Positions 10,066 through 20,738 are shown, counted from the first letter of the stretch. The stretch: 64,000 nt of DNA from Candidatus Altimarinota bacterium (GCA_046314355.1 JBKBWQ010000001.1:768001-832000); one strand, 5' to 3'. Notes: generated by a model from the letters alone, not told the origin. Translations and numbers: made by a program.

Positions 10066-10173
10066 TTTTTAAGGTTTTCTAGTTTCTGTCAAGCAGTTCC
10101 AGAGTCAAGGTATTTTCAATTTTAAGTTCTATGCTATACTTGAGACATTAGATACTATTCTTCACATAGCATT

Positions 10174-11004
10174 ATGTTTGAAACAAAGAATTTAGAGTCA
10201 GGAAGTAAAGAGCTCCCTCTCTCACCTTCAATAGAGACATCGAAGGACATTCTTGGTGCTGCAAAGCAGCTCATGCTTAAATTTGGGAAGAAGATTAAGG
10301 ATATCGCACTCATGGAAGTGAAGCTTCCTAAGTTTGGTAGAGCAGAAAAGGCTGCTGCCGTTGAGGACCTTTCAAAAAATACTGCTGAAGAAAATGGCGT
10401 ATTAGCGATGAATGTGCTAGAAGATACTCTCGAGGAGAATGCTGAGACTATTGAAACAGAGCAAAATCCTGAAACAGCTACTGATATTAAAGCCTATACG
10501 TCCAGTGGCATCACACTCGTACTTGATCGAGATGACAAAAATGTGCGAAGCAATAAGGCAGATGGCTTTGGACCAGATGAGAGATCTACTAAATGGAATG
10601 ATGAAACATGGTCAGCTTATCAAAAGCTAACCAACCGAAACACTACGATGCCGGATATTAATGTACCTACAAACACACCAGATGAGATCTTACATTTCAT
10701 GGTTTTGGCGGAACAGTCATTTAATACTCCTGTAGAGAACTTTAGCAAAGATATGCTCATCGGTAGAGCAGAAGCCAGCAAAGAATATATGGAAAGAATT
10801 GGTGTCATAAAAGCATTATTAATAACAAACGCTGCACAGGCATCTGCTGAAGCAACTGAATTAAAGAATGAAATGCTTGAGACAGGAGTATACGGAAAAG
10901 CACCTTCCCTTTCTTCTAATAAAGAGTATTCAGACGGAGAGATGATAGCAGCTATGGATAAAGTAAATACACAGCTAAAGAACCAGGAAGAATTAGATAT
11001 GTAA
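10174..11004 (+). CDS. hypothetical protein (276 aa)
   Basis: Long ORF downstream of a TGCTATACT extended -10; no recognised motif. Confidence 0.7.
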   Translation: MFETKNLESGSKELPLSPSIETSKDILGAAKQLMLKFGKKIKDIALMEVKLPKFGRAEKAAAVEDLSKNTAEENGVLAMNVLEDTLEENAETIETEQNPETATDIKAYTSSGITLVLDRDDKNVRSNKADGFGPDERSTKWNDETWSAYQKLTNRNTTMPDINVPTNTPDEILHFMVLAEQSFNTPVENFSKDMLIGRAEASKEYMERIGVIKALLITNAAQASAEATELKNEMLETGVYGKAPSLSSNKEYSDGEMIAAMDKVNTQLKNQEELDM

Positions 11005-11079
11005 TAAAAAAAGCAGAATATATTTCTATATTCTGCCGGGTTGGTAAGTTTTAAGAGTTCAAAGACCTATGCTGACATG

Positions 11080-11511
11080 TTAAACTGAGATAGTTTCCCT
11101 TGCCTTCATAATCAAAAACTCCTGCGACATAACTTCTGTTTCTATTTTACTGCCATTTACGGCAACAAAGTAGTCATGAGGTTTTTCTTCGATTTTTGCT
11201 ACTGAAATGAACGGTATTTTGCCGGTGACAAATCGACCTAATTTGTTTATACCTTCCTCTCCTGAATCAAAAACCTTTTGCAAGGTTGAGGTTTTGTCTC
11301 TAAAGACAATCACACTCTTCTTTGATTCTAATAAGTAGGTTTCAACGCCTTTGATCTTAACTATCGTGGGCATGTTGTCAATGAGTCCATTATTCAATAT
11401 ATATCTACATAGTTCCCATAGTTGAGAACTATACTTAGATGCTAATGTCTCATTGTTTTTCTCAGGAGGCGGCTCGGCCTTCTGAGGAGGTATGGGAGAA
11501 TGTTTTTCCAT
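11080..11511 (-). CDS. hypothetical protein
   Basis: ORF with an AAGGAGG RBS. Confidence 0.6.
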   Translation of the reverse strand: MEKHSPIPPQKAEPPPEKNNETLASKYSSQLWELCRYILNNGLIDNMPTIVKIKGVETYLLESKKSVIVFRDKTSTLQKVFDSGEEGINKLGRFVTGKIPFISVAKIEEKPHDYFVAVNGSKIETEVMSQEFLIMKARETISV

Positions 11512-11635
11512 CTCTTCCCTCCTTTCGTACTACTGTACAACAATGATAATATGTATGTTTTTGCGATTACTTACCAATATCGCAGAGACAGTATAAGGAG
11601 AGAAAGGAAGAATGCAATATTACTAATAATTTAGG

Positions 11636-14287
11636 CTATATTGCGTTCTTCTGCTTGTAATATTCTCTTAGTGCTATAGAAGGGATTCTAGTACTAATGC
11701 TATTACCGCTACGTGCTCCATTCATGAAATTATCTACAATTTTAAACTGTGCCTCTTTACCTAGCATATCAAACTCAAGCTTTACTGCTTCAAACATAGT
11801 GACCTGCATTTCTGTATTGAATTGTTCCTGAATGCTTTGCCTTATCTGCTCCTGTTCTTCCACGCTGAAGTTAGCAAACTTTTTACCTTTCTCTAAAGCT
11901 TCAGCATAGTCTTGATAAGTACTCGGTGCATTTACTTTTACAGATTCTTGTAAATACTTAGTGATTTCATCAAAGGGTATTAAATTCCCAATTGCAGTTT
12001 GTCCTGTCATCTGAGCATCTAAAAACATTTTAAGTATCTGCTTCTTCAAATCTTCAGAGAGTACATAAAAAGGTAACTTCCCCTGACGGAACATCTCATT
12101 CTGCTGTTCAAGAGAATGAAGTTTTTCAACAGTCTTTTTTATAGTATCTTGTTCTTTTTCATTAAACTCCTCATATTTCTTCACTCCTCCGATAAGTTCC
12201 TGATATTCCTTTGATGAGTTAGGATTACTTAGCTGAACTATACTTGCTTTGTAGTTAGCTGCTGCCTGATGGACATCAAACTCATTTACCAACTGATGCA
12301 TTTTTGTAACTTTATCTATCAGGTTAACATTAATAAGACCATCTTTAAGACCTGGCGTAAGGACACTGATAATATAATCAATGGCCTCTGGAGATGGGTC
12401 AGTGAGTCCATTTGCATCTAGTTTAGTGTTAACTATATACCCTACCTGAAGCTTCAAATATTCTGGATTTGTAGATTTATATGCTCTAGAGTTTTCTTTT
12501 TCCGTAATTCTATTTGATATTCCAAGGAGCTTAGATTCAATGCTTTCAAAGCTTTTAAGCTTTTTCTCACTAGCGTCCACATCCTCTTTTTTACTTTTTC
12601 GATATTTATCTAACTGTTCATAGCTGTATTTTCCACCAAAATCATCTACAATTCCTGCTTTCAAAGGCAGCACAGGAATACTTTTTATATTTCCAAAGCC
12701 TTCTTTACATTTCTTGACGAAGTCAGAGAGTAATGAGAGCTGAGTAACTGTTCTTACATCATCCTTAGGCTGCGAAACTTCAATATCATGTTTTACAGAG
12801 AGAAAGAACTTCTCAAAGAAATTATAGAGATGTACTGATTCTTTTCCTGGCTCCTCTGTCTTAGTAAATTCTGACACTTTAGAGAGTGCACTATTAATAA
12901 ATCTTACATACATACAGAATGTATAAAGACCAATATGTAATGGTGCTTCTTCATTTGCTATAGTTCTTAGAAGTGTCCTTTGCTGAGATTCACGCGGAAT
13001 ATAGTCACATCCAAATCCTGAGACACCAAACCATTTTTGAGATCTGCTGTCTGCAGTGGAAAAGGATTTTTGCCCTTTATATAAGAGCTTCATTACAGAC
13101 TGAATATTCTTCACTGGCACGCCGTAAATAGTTCCAGATGAATTTTCATCCTTTCCATAAAGAAAATCCATCAGATCTACCGTCTCTTCAGTAGGCTGGT
13201 ACAGAGAAAGAAGAGTTTTCTTAAAGTCATTGAGGGAGAGCTTATAGTATTCGTCGATAATATCCTGCTGCAGCTGTGCAACCTTGCCGTGCTGATCATA
13301 CTTAAGAGGATCAAAACTTATAGTAATCTCTTTTACAGCTTTATGCATTTTCTTTGCCTCAAGACTGTTTCTCTCTACATTCTTTATCTGATCAAAGTAT
13401 TCTTTCATCGGCTTAATGAAGCTCAATATTGCCTCGTAATACTGCAGTTCTCTTTGGTCATTACGGCTGAGATCATAATGAGTTTTAAAAAACACTGCCA
13501 TGTTATCGATCTCATCTTTTAGTTTATTGAAGAACCCATTATCTTTTAGTCTTTTGCTTGAAAGATTGTTCTCAAAACTAATAAGCGTTTCGTAGGCATT
13601 CTTCAGCGTCATCATGTACTTCACAGTATTATAAACGTATTTTTCGTCTTTAAATGTATAGATAACTGTAGTGGAATTAATAGCACTCCTTGGAGTAATC
13701 AGGTTGAGCTTTTCAAGATGACAGACTTTTTCTGCCCACTCAGGAGATTTAATAGAGTACTTTCCATCGGTTTTATCTGCTAACTTAAAGATCTTTTTAT
13801 CCTCAAAAAGTGCGCGCACATATTTCACAGTCTCTTGCTCGCTTGGTACCCTCTTTAGAGGTAAAGAGAAGAAGCTATCCTTCATTTGAGTAATATTTAT
13901 ATCAAGCACTCCATTTGGATCAGTGAGAATACCTGTAATTGCTCTCTCATTTTTATCGAGATTATTTTTCGTTTGAGTATACGGTTTAATTATTTCCTCC
14001 AGCTCTTTGATTTTATCAGTAAAGAGTTTTTCCTTTGCTCTCTGAGATGCAACCGCATTCTCAAGTACTTGCTTATCATCAGCTAATCCATTAACAGCCT
14101 CCAGACATACTTTCTGAAGACCCTGCTCGTAATTTCTAAGAGACATATTAGCAGGCTGGTTGTCCACAATATACTCAGCTCTAGGATCCCACCCAGAGTA
14201 CTTTCTTCTCTGATTATTTGTAGTCCTGATATTGAGAGCGTTTGAGTGATTGCCGTTCCCGTTTCCATTGTTATTATTAACTTCCAT
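11636..14287 (-). CDS. large hypothetical protein (883 aa) with C-terminal tandem repeat
   Basis: Long ORF, charged and helical in composition; two ~90-aa similar units at the C-terminus. Confidence 0.8.
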   Translation of the reverse strand: MEVNNNNGNGNGNHSNALNIRTTNNQRRKYSGWDPRAEYIVDNQPANMSLRNYEQGLQKVCLEAVNGLADDKQVLENAVASQRAKEKLFTDKIKELEEIIKPYTQTKNNLDKNERAITGILTDPNGVLDINITQMKDSFFSLPLKRVPSEQETVKYVRALFEDKKIFKLADKTDGKYSIKSPEWAEKVCHLEKLNLITPRSAINSTTVIYTFKDEKYVYNTVKYMMTLKNAYETLISFENNLSSKRLKDNGFFNKLKDEIDNMAVFFKTHYDLSRNDQRELQYYEAILSFIKPMKEYFDQIKNVERNSLEAKKMHKAVKEITISFDPLKYDQHGKVAQLQQDIIDEYYKLSLNDFKKTLLSLYQPTEETVDLMDFLYGKDENSSGTIYGVPVKNIQSVMKLLYKGQKSFSTADSRSQKWFGVSGFGCDYIPRESQQRTLLRTIANEEAPLHIGLYTFCMYVRFINSALSKVSEFTKTEEPGKESVHLYNFFEKFFLSVKHDIEVSQPKDDVRTVTQLSLLSDFVKKCKEGFGNIKSIPVLPLKAGIVDDFGGKYSYEQLDKYRKSKKEDVDASEKKLKSFESIESKLLGISNRITEKENSRAYKSTNPEYLKLQVGYIVNTKLDANGLTDPSPEAIDYIISVLTPGLKDGLINVNLIDKVTKMHQLVNEFDVHQAAANYKASIVQLSNPNSSKEYQELIGGVKKYEEFNEKEQDTIKKTVEKLHSLEQQNEMFRQGKLPFYVLSEDLKKQILKMFLDAQMTGQTAIGNLIPFDEITKYLQESVKVNAPSTYQDYAEALEKGKKFANFSVEEQEQIRQSIQEQFNTEMQVTMFEAVKLEFDMLGKEAQFKIVDNFMNGARSGNSISTRIPSIALREYYKQKNAI

Positions 14288-14542
14288 ACTATGCTGATTT
14301 ATATAGTAACTTTTATGATATTATACCATAAAGATCAATCCTTATGATACATTTTTGCAAGTATAATAATCTTTTCTATAAACACAAGGATTCTTTTTGC
14401 AGAAGGAATATTTCATCTTTAGTCTACCTAAAAAATCTAATATATAAAGTGTTTATTATTTCAACATAAATAGATTAAAATTCTGTAAAAAAATTTATAA
14501 ATCTTAGATTAGTAAATCTAGGTATTTCAACAATGTCACTAT

Positions 14543-14570
14543 TTGACAATAATCTTGAGAGTTCTATACT
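14543..14570 (+). promoter_or_regulatory. sigma70 promoter
   Basis: TTGACA-N16-TATACT upstream of the ORF at 14595. Confidence 0.6.
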
Positions 14571-14594
14571 AAAAAATCATTTACCTTTCTCTCT

Positions 14595-15569
14595 ATGCCC
14601 TTCAATTATCAGGAAAGAAAAGAGATCAAGACCACACGCAGAGAGCTCCTGGATCAAAAGATACGGGAATCAAAGCTGTTTTCTGAAGCTGCAGAAGGAA
14701 TATCAAATGCAGATGCAGCTGCCACGATCCTCTATGATGCTCTGTATTATACAGAACGTCTGAAAGCATTGTATGGAAGAAAATTACAGGCATTCGCAGA
14801 TGTAGGACGTGAGAGAATTCTCTATGATGCTACCTTTGAAAAAGAGATAGTACCGGAGAAAGAAGTCTTTATTGATGAAGTGCGGTCTGCTATGACTCAG
14901 CCTATGAAAATCTCAAAGGCAATGTATAAAGGGGCACGTCCTTTTTTGAGGAAACTTACAAAATACGGAAAAGTAAGAATCTGGACGCAGGGTGATCATG
15001 CAGGAAGAAAAGCAGTCATGGATAAGGATGGACAGGTTGTAGAAAAGTATTGGAGAGGAAGTGAAGAGCAGGTAAAGAAAATAAACGCATCCGGTATCTC
15101 AAGAATTCGTGAAAAAGTAGGGGCAGAAATATTTGATATGATCGTCGGAGAAGATAAATTTTCTCTACTAATAGACAAACTTGAACAGGCAAAAAGAGAA
15201 GGAATAGAATACTGCTTTATCGTTGAAGATAGGATGCGAAATCTCAAAAAAGCTCAAGACACCATTGCGAAAGAAGCTGAGAGTGGAAAAGACTTACCCG
15301 TCATTATTCCGCTTTGGATACGTCAGGGACACTTCAAGGATATGTATGAGGATATTTCAGAGGAGGATATCATGGAGCATTATCATCCCTCCTTTAACTT
15401 TGATGAAATTATTCATACTATCAGAAGCATGAAAAGTATTACCCAGGGGAAAAAAGTGCTTTTTCTTGTGGATCTTGACGGTGTTTCTATCAAAGATAAA
15501 GAATACTTTGATCTCTCAGTAGCAACTGTGGAAAAAACTATCTTGAAACATAAATGGATACATTTATAG
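14595..15569 (+). CDS. HAD-superfamily hydrolase, apparently circularly permuted
   Basis: Motif II (RIWTQG), III (K in GEDK) and IV (FIVEDR) precede a motif-I-like FLVDLDGV near the C-terminus. Confidence 0.65.
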   Translation: MPFNYQERKEIKTTRRELLDQKIRESKLFSEAAEGISNADAAATILYDALYYTERLKALYGRKLQAFADVGRERILYDATFEKEIVPEKEVFIDEVRSAMTQPMKISKAMYKGARPFLRKLTKYGKVRIWTQGDHAGRKAVMDKDGQVVEKYWRGSEEQVKKINASGISRIREKVGAEIFDMIVGEDKFSLLIDKLEQAKREGIEYCFIVEDRMRNLKKAQDTIAKEAESGKDLPVIIPLWIRQGHFKDMYEDISEEDIMEHYHPSFNFDEIIHTIRSMKSITQGKKVLFLVDLDGVSIKDKEYFDLSVATVEKTILKHKWIHL

Positions 15570-15621
15570 CAGCTTCCTTAAGAACTTTTAAAGAACGTAT
15601 CTGAAGATCCTTATACAAAGA

Positions 15622-18600
15622 CTACTTTAAACTTTTTGAGAGAATCTTTGCTGCCTCTCCCCTGGTAATAGGTTTCATTGGTTCAAACTTTTCTCTTTTT
15701 TCAATAATACCAAGTCTTGCTGCATCACTTACATAAGCCGCAAACCATGAATTGCTTGGAACATCCGTAAAGACACCTTTTGTAATAATGAGGTCCTCTG
15801 ATGTTTTTTTGCCGGCTGAGAGCACTATCTTTAAAAATTCTGCCCTAGTCACTGATCTCGTAGGCTCAAAGTTTCCTTCACTAGTACCTGATATAATCCC
15901 CTGCTCCTTTGCGATACCAATATATCCTGCGTACCAGGAATTTATAACCACATCTTTGAAATATAAGTAGCCATACGTTGGATGCAGAGACTGAAATTGC
16001 TCAATAAAATCTGTCGATTCTTTATTTGAATAAAATGCTTTTACAGCGAGCTTCACAGCCTCTGCCCTATTAAGAGTCTCATTAGGTTCAAATCTGCCGG
16101 AACTTCTTCCTTCAATGATTCCTTTAGCAGCAAGGATTGCGATGTCTACTTTAGCAAAATGTGCATTTATATCTGTAAATGTAACAGAAGGTGTAGCTTT
16201 CGGAGGAGTAAGATATGCATTTTCACACTGTCCCTTAGCCATAATCTCTGACCTGCTCTCTCCGCAGTGCCACCATACCACTTGAGGTTTGCAGGTACGT
16301 GTAGTGGTATCAAACACATAGGAAGTGTCTGTTGCAATACAGAGATCTGAATTTTTATTCAAGTTTCCTATAGGCGCACTATTGAGATTCGTGTTACTAA
16401 GAACAGTACTATTCACATTTGTATTTGAGATAAGAACACTATTGAGGTTGAGGTTGAGGTTGAGATTTATATTTGAAATATTCGTATTAGTATTCGTTTT
16501 ATACTGAACACTGTTTGCATTGAATGGTATGACTTGTGGCATAGTGGCAGCAGGGATTTTACCAGTAGATACTGCCTCTTTGATAAGTGGAAGTGAGTCA
16601 AGGAGTCCTTGCTCTAGCGTATTAGTAAATTCCTCTTCACTCAAGAATACAATGGTTCCAGGAGCAAGAGAAAGGGTAACTTCTCCACTGTTGCTTGGAT
16701 ACAAATAGTATTCTTTAATCTGAGGAAAATGATCCAGACGAAGGTCTGCTTTGTATGCAGGCACATCCTGATCCGTGATTTCCAAAGATTCAAAGAGAGT
16801 CTTTACAGCTTTATAATCCTCAGTAGCTGCAACGGCTACATCTTTAGCCATCACTCCAAGTATACCGTTTCTAAGTGATGCCAATGCAGGACGTATCTCT
16901 GCTGGAGTAACCGCAGTTTTAAAAGCATTTACATCTCTCAGAATACGATTTTTGGCATGATTGTTATATGTAGTATTCATACCTGGGATCTTAAGTCCAT
17001 CTGTCGGATTCAATATCGGCATCAATTTTTCTAACGCAACTCTAATATTTGCTATAGCTGCTGCTTGATTTTCAAAATTATAAAGACTTCCAGACCGGAG
17101 CGGTGCATCTAGAGTAAGTATTTTCACAAAAGGTACCTGAAGATTTTTCAGCTGCATCTGTTTTGTCTCCTTTCCTTGATTAATGAGAAATCCATGGATC
17201 TTCCCTGTCTCACCCTTGCCAAGTACCTCAAATACACTTCCGCTTCCTGAACGCAGTACTTTGAGATCCAGCTGATTGCTTTTTGTAAATAAGACGTCTT
17301 TCACAGCCTTTGAAGCATATCCTTGGGAAAGCATTCTCCAAAACTGATTGGTGTGTCCATCGATCATCGGATCGGCAGGAAGCAGTACACAGATATTCCA
17401 TGCAGCACTACAATCTGAAGTACTCCATTTTCCATTTGTATTATTTTCACCCAGGATTGCACCAGGGAGATTATGGTAATCAGCAAAGCGTACATCTGGA
17501 CGTCCTCCTAACTGCCATGCAGATATAAGATAAGTGGCAGTAAACGGAAATTTCCAATGAGAAAGTGCGTTAAGCGCGACGGGATTATATTCAGAAATCC
17601 AGTACTGAATTTCTCCCAATCCTGCTTCGATAAGCTCACGCCGGTACCCATCCATTCCTACTTCCCACGTAGGATAGCCATACGCATATAAGTGGTGTGA
17701 TAATCCCACAAGGTTACCTTTATACTGTACCAATTCCTTCAGCATATCCTGATAACTCATGGAGATCGTATCATCTGCATTATAAAAATAATACTTTTCC
17801 TGAATAAGCTGGTCAGGAGGATAGTTTTCACGGGTAAAAGGCTTTGGCAGTTTATTCCGAGCTTTCGCAAGGAGGGTCGCAGTTGTTGGATTATAGAGCA
17901 CGATAGAGACTTTTACCTGCGGATCTTCCACTTTCATCGCTGTGATAGATGCTTTTACCACATCCAGATACATCCGCAGGGAAAGATCACCGTAGATGTC
18001 GGCACCTGATTCATTTCCAAGTTCGAAATATACATGACGGTTTGTAGTATTCTGATATCTTTCGTTAATGAATTTTACAATCTCGGCGCTCCGTTTTGCA
18101 ACAATAGGAATACACACTGATGGATTTTCAGTAACCTTACATACTTCCTTTGTAGCAGAATCATATCCGTATCCTACATTAATAGCATAGACAGTTCTCC
18201 AGTCAGGAGTCTGTGTTTTATCTGGAAATGTCAGATCGATAAGACTTTGAAAAAGATTGTGAATAGGCATACCCTTGATAGCTCCAGTAGCATCAGTCTG
18301 AAAGATTACTTTTTTGTTATAGTCACTCTGCGTCTTTCGCGCCGCATATGCCGCATCAGTAAGATCCCCCGCAGCTTTCATACGTTCAGTAGTATCATCA
18401 AAATAACGCAAATACACTTTGCGGGCAGCGTATTCATCAATAGGATCATACCTTTCAAAAGCTCCATCACGTACTCCTGAGAGACCAAGAACTTTCATAA
18501 AAGCAGTATAGAGAGTGGTATCTCTGCCTGCTCCAAAGGTACGAACATCTCCTGTATCCGCCACATGGGCACCAAAAGTATTCCGATCAAGCATTTTTAT

Positions 18601-18822
18601 TGAAGGAGCATTGCTCACTTCTTTCATATCTATTACCTCAGGAGTCGGCAGATCTTTATATGAAGCTGAGTAAAGGTTGTTATAAAAAGGAACAGTCTGA
18701 CCGCTGCCAATAATATCTCCGCGAAGCAGGTTTAGAGGAGCGTATCCAATAAATATTCCAATAAGTCCCAGAAAGATGGGGAGTACGAAAAGCATGATAT
18801 TTTTTTGTTTTCTGCTGATCAT
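15622..18822 (-). CDS. SLH-anchored putative clan GH-A glycoside hydrolase
   Basis: N-terminal TM/signal; YFELGNE (acid/base) and YWISEYN (nucleophile) motifs; Asn-rich linker; three C-terminal SLH repeats. Confidence 0.7.
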   Translation of the reverse strand: MISRKQKNIMLFVLPIFLGLIGIFIGYAPLNLLRGDIIGSGQTVPFYNNLYSASYKDLPTPEVIDMKEVSNAPSIKMLDRNTFGAHVADTGDVRTFGAGRDTTLYTAFMKVLGLSGVRDGAFERYDPIDEYAARKVYLRYFDDTTERMKAAGDLTDAAYAARKTQSDYNKKVIFQTDATGAIKGMPIHNLFQSLIDLTFPDKTQTPDWRTVYAINVGYGYDSATKEVCKVTENPSVCIPIVAKRSAEIVKFINERYQNTTNRHVYFELGNESGADIYGDLSLRMYLDVVKASITAMKVEDPQVKVSIVLYNPTTATLLAKARNKLPKPFTRENYPPDQLIQEKYYFYNADDTISMSYQDMLKELVQYKGNLVGLSHHLYAYGYPTWEVGMDGYRRELIEAGLGEIQYWISEYNPVALNALSHWKFPFTATYLISAWQLGGRPDVRFADYHNLPGAILGENNTNGKWSTSDCSAAWNICVLLPADPMIDGHTNQFWRMLSQGYASKAVKDVLFTKSNQLDLKVLRSGSGSVFEVLGKGETGKIHGFLINQGKETKQMQLKNLQVPFVKILTLDAPLRSGSLYNFENQAAAIANIRVALEKLMPILNPTDGLKIPGMNTTYNNHAKNRILRDVNAFKTAVTPAEIRPALASLRNGILGVMAKDVAVAATEDYKAVKTLFESLEITDQDVPAYKADLRLDHFPQIKEYYLYPSNSGEVTLSLAPGTIVFLSEEEFTNTLEQGLLDSLPLIKEAVSTGKIPAATMPQVIPFNANSVQYKTNTNTNISNINLNLNLNLNSVLISNTNVNSTVLSNTNLNSAPIGNLNKNSDLCIATDTSYVFDTTTRTCKPQVVWWHCGESRSEIMAKGQCENAYLTPPKATPSVTFTDINAHFAKVDIAILAAKGIIEGRSSGRFEPNETLNRAEAVKLAVKAFYSNKESTDFIEQFQSLHPTYGYLYFKDVVINSWYAGYIGIAKEQGIISGTSEGNFEPTRSVTRAEFLKIVLSAGKKTSEDLIITKGVFTDVPSNSWFAAYVSDAARLGIIEKREKFEPMKPITRGEAAKILSKSLK

Positions 18823-18894
18823 CGGAGAATGATAAAAAAGGTATTCAGATTAGTATACCATTTATATGCTCAGATCTCAAGATTGGCTAAGAGC

Positions 18895-20142
18895 TTAGAT
18901 TCTGATTCTGAGCAGTTCACTAAAACTTGTTGTATACCGTGAAGAGAGAAAATTCGCCCGAAGTGCCCACTTCTTCTCCGTGCCCATGGCTCCAAAGAAT
19001 ATGCTATCTTTTCCATACAGCTGGTTACACTCATCAATAGTCTTGAGCGCCTTACTCTGTTTTTCTGTATCTCCGGCATTCCAGAAACTACACTGTAGAG
19101 CCGTCTCTGGTATAATTTCACCCAAGCGTATTCCCGCCTTCTGATATGGAATATTCGGATAAAAAATCTCATCCAGGACTTCAAGAGCAGTACGGATCAT
19201 CTTTGCTGTATCAGCGGTCGCCACTGGAAATGACTTGTATCCTGATGTACGTGAGTACTTAGTAGTTGTACTGAATCTATCTGTATTCAAACATACTGCA
19301 ACAGCTCCCGCAAGACTTCCCTGCTTTCTTAGCTTTTCCGCCGCCCTCGCCACATGGCTTGCGATAGCCTCCGAGATGATCTGCTTATCGGTAAGTTTGT
19401 ATCCAAAGGATCGGGATTCCATGATCATTTTCTTAGGCATGATCTCCGTTTCAAAAGGAAAACATGGAATTCCCCTAAGTTCCATTGCCGTCCAAAGTCC
19501 AGGAGTCTTTAGCTGTTTTTTTATCCAGCTATCATGCATATCTGCCAACTGAAGTGCAGTCCGGATACCGTTTGCATGGAGAAATTTTGTATGTTTTCTA
19601 CCAATCCCCCACACTTCTCCCACAGGAAAATCTCTCAAGAGATCTCTATACTCGTGAGCAGATACCTGATATGCCTTCTTTTTTAATTTTTTCCCAAGCC
19701 TATTTGCAACTTTCGCCAGAGTCTTTGACGGTGCAATACCAATACTGACAGGAATACCGGTGAACTGATAGACAGTTTTTGAAAGCTCTTCGCAGAACAG
19801 ATACGGATTCTCCACATCCCGAAGATCAAGAAAAGCCTCATCAATGGAATACACCTCTACCCTGCTCACTGCAGATCTCAGTACTTTCATCACTCGCGCA
19901 CTCATGTCTCCATAGAGTGCATAATTACTGCTAAAAACCTCGATACTCTTTTCCTTAAACTTATCTTTCCACATATGGTAGGCAGCACCCATGGGGATAT
20001 CCAGTGCTTTTGCCTCATCACTCCTCGCAATCACACAGCCGTCATTATTACTCAAAATACAGATGGGCTTCCCTCTCATCGCAGGATCAAAAGCTCTTTC
20101 ACAGGAAGCATAGAAATTATTGCAGTCAACAATAGCAATCAT
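18895..20142 (-). CDS. umuC: Y-family DNA polymerase V catalytic subunit
   Basis: VDCNNFYASCE, LSNNDGC, SSNYALYGDMS, YSIDEAF, SRYTT; ATGA-coupled to umuD. Confidence 0.93.
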   Translation of the reverse strand: MIAIVDCNNFYASCERAFDPAMRGKPICILSNNDGCVIARSDEAKALDIPMGAAYHMWKDKFKEKSIEVFSSNYALYGDMSARVMKVLRSAVSRVEVYSIDEAFLDLRDVENPYLFCEELSKTVYQFTGIPVSIGIAPSKTLAKVANRLGKKLKKKAYQVSAHEYRDLLRDFPVGEVWGIGRKHTKFLHANGIRTALQLADMHDSWIKKQLKTPGLWTAMELRGIPCFPFETEIMPKKMIMESRSFGYKLTDKQIISEAIASHVARAAEKLRKQGSLAGAVAVCLNTDRFSTTTKYSRTSGYKSFPVATADTAKMIRTALEVLDEIFYPNIPYQKAGIRLGEIIPETALQCSFWNAGDTEKQSKALKTIDECNQLYGKDSIFFGAMGTEKKWALRANFLSSRYTTSFSELLRIRI

Positions 20143-20567
20143 GATTTCAAAAGATTATGAATTGCACTCGTCACGACTCCCCATACTTCAAATTCATCGT
20201 AAGGAAAAATCAAAATCTCACTATATGCAGAGTTCGCAGGAACAAGCACTACTCTAGTGTGTCTTTTATGAAAATATTTTACCGTAAATTCCCCATTGAA
20301 GATCGCGACTACGACCATTCCATGCTTCGGTTCCAATGATTTATCCACTACTAATAAATCTCCATCTAAAATACCTGCATCTTTCATAGAATCTCCATGT
20401 ACGTAGATGAAGAACGTAGACACAGGATGATGGACTAGTTCATCATGAAGATTGATGGTTTTTTCGATGTAGTCATCTGCTGGAGATGGAAAACTCGCCT
20501 TTGTAGTTGCGAATAGCAAAGGTGTAAAGATTTTTTCTATTTGTAAAATAGGTTTACGTATTTCCAT
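20139..20567 (-). CDS. umuD: UmuD (S24 autopeptidase) subunit of Pol V
   Basis: FPSPADDY, GDSM (catalytic Ser), FTVK (catalytic Lys), WGVV. Confidence 0.9.
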   Translation of the reverse strand: MEIRKPILQIEKIFTPLLFATTKASFPSPADDYIEKTINLHDELVHHPVSTFFIYVHGDSMKDAGILDGDLLVVDKSLEPKHGMVVVAIFNGEFTVKYFHKRHTRVVLVPANSAYSEILIFPYDEFEVWGVVTSAIHNLLKS

Positions 20568-20738
20568 ACAAGTGATAAAGGATCATTTGTAGTATAGGAA
20601 TAGTTGTGTTTTTTATACAAAGGGAAAAGTGGAGATAACGCAAGTTTCTAATGGGAAAGTATTCAGAAATTTTTTGTGAAGCTTTTTAGTACCTCTCATT
20701 TTAATCTTTAATTAAAGCACTCAAAGTTAAACAATAGT

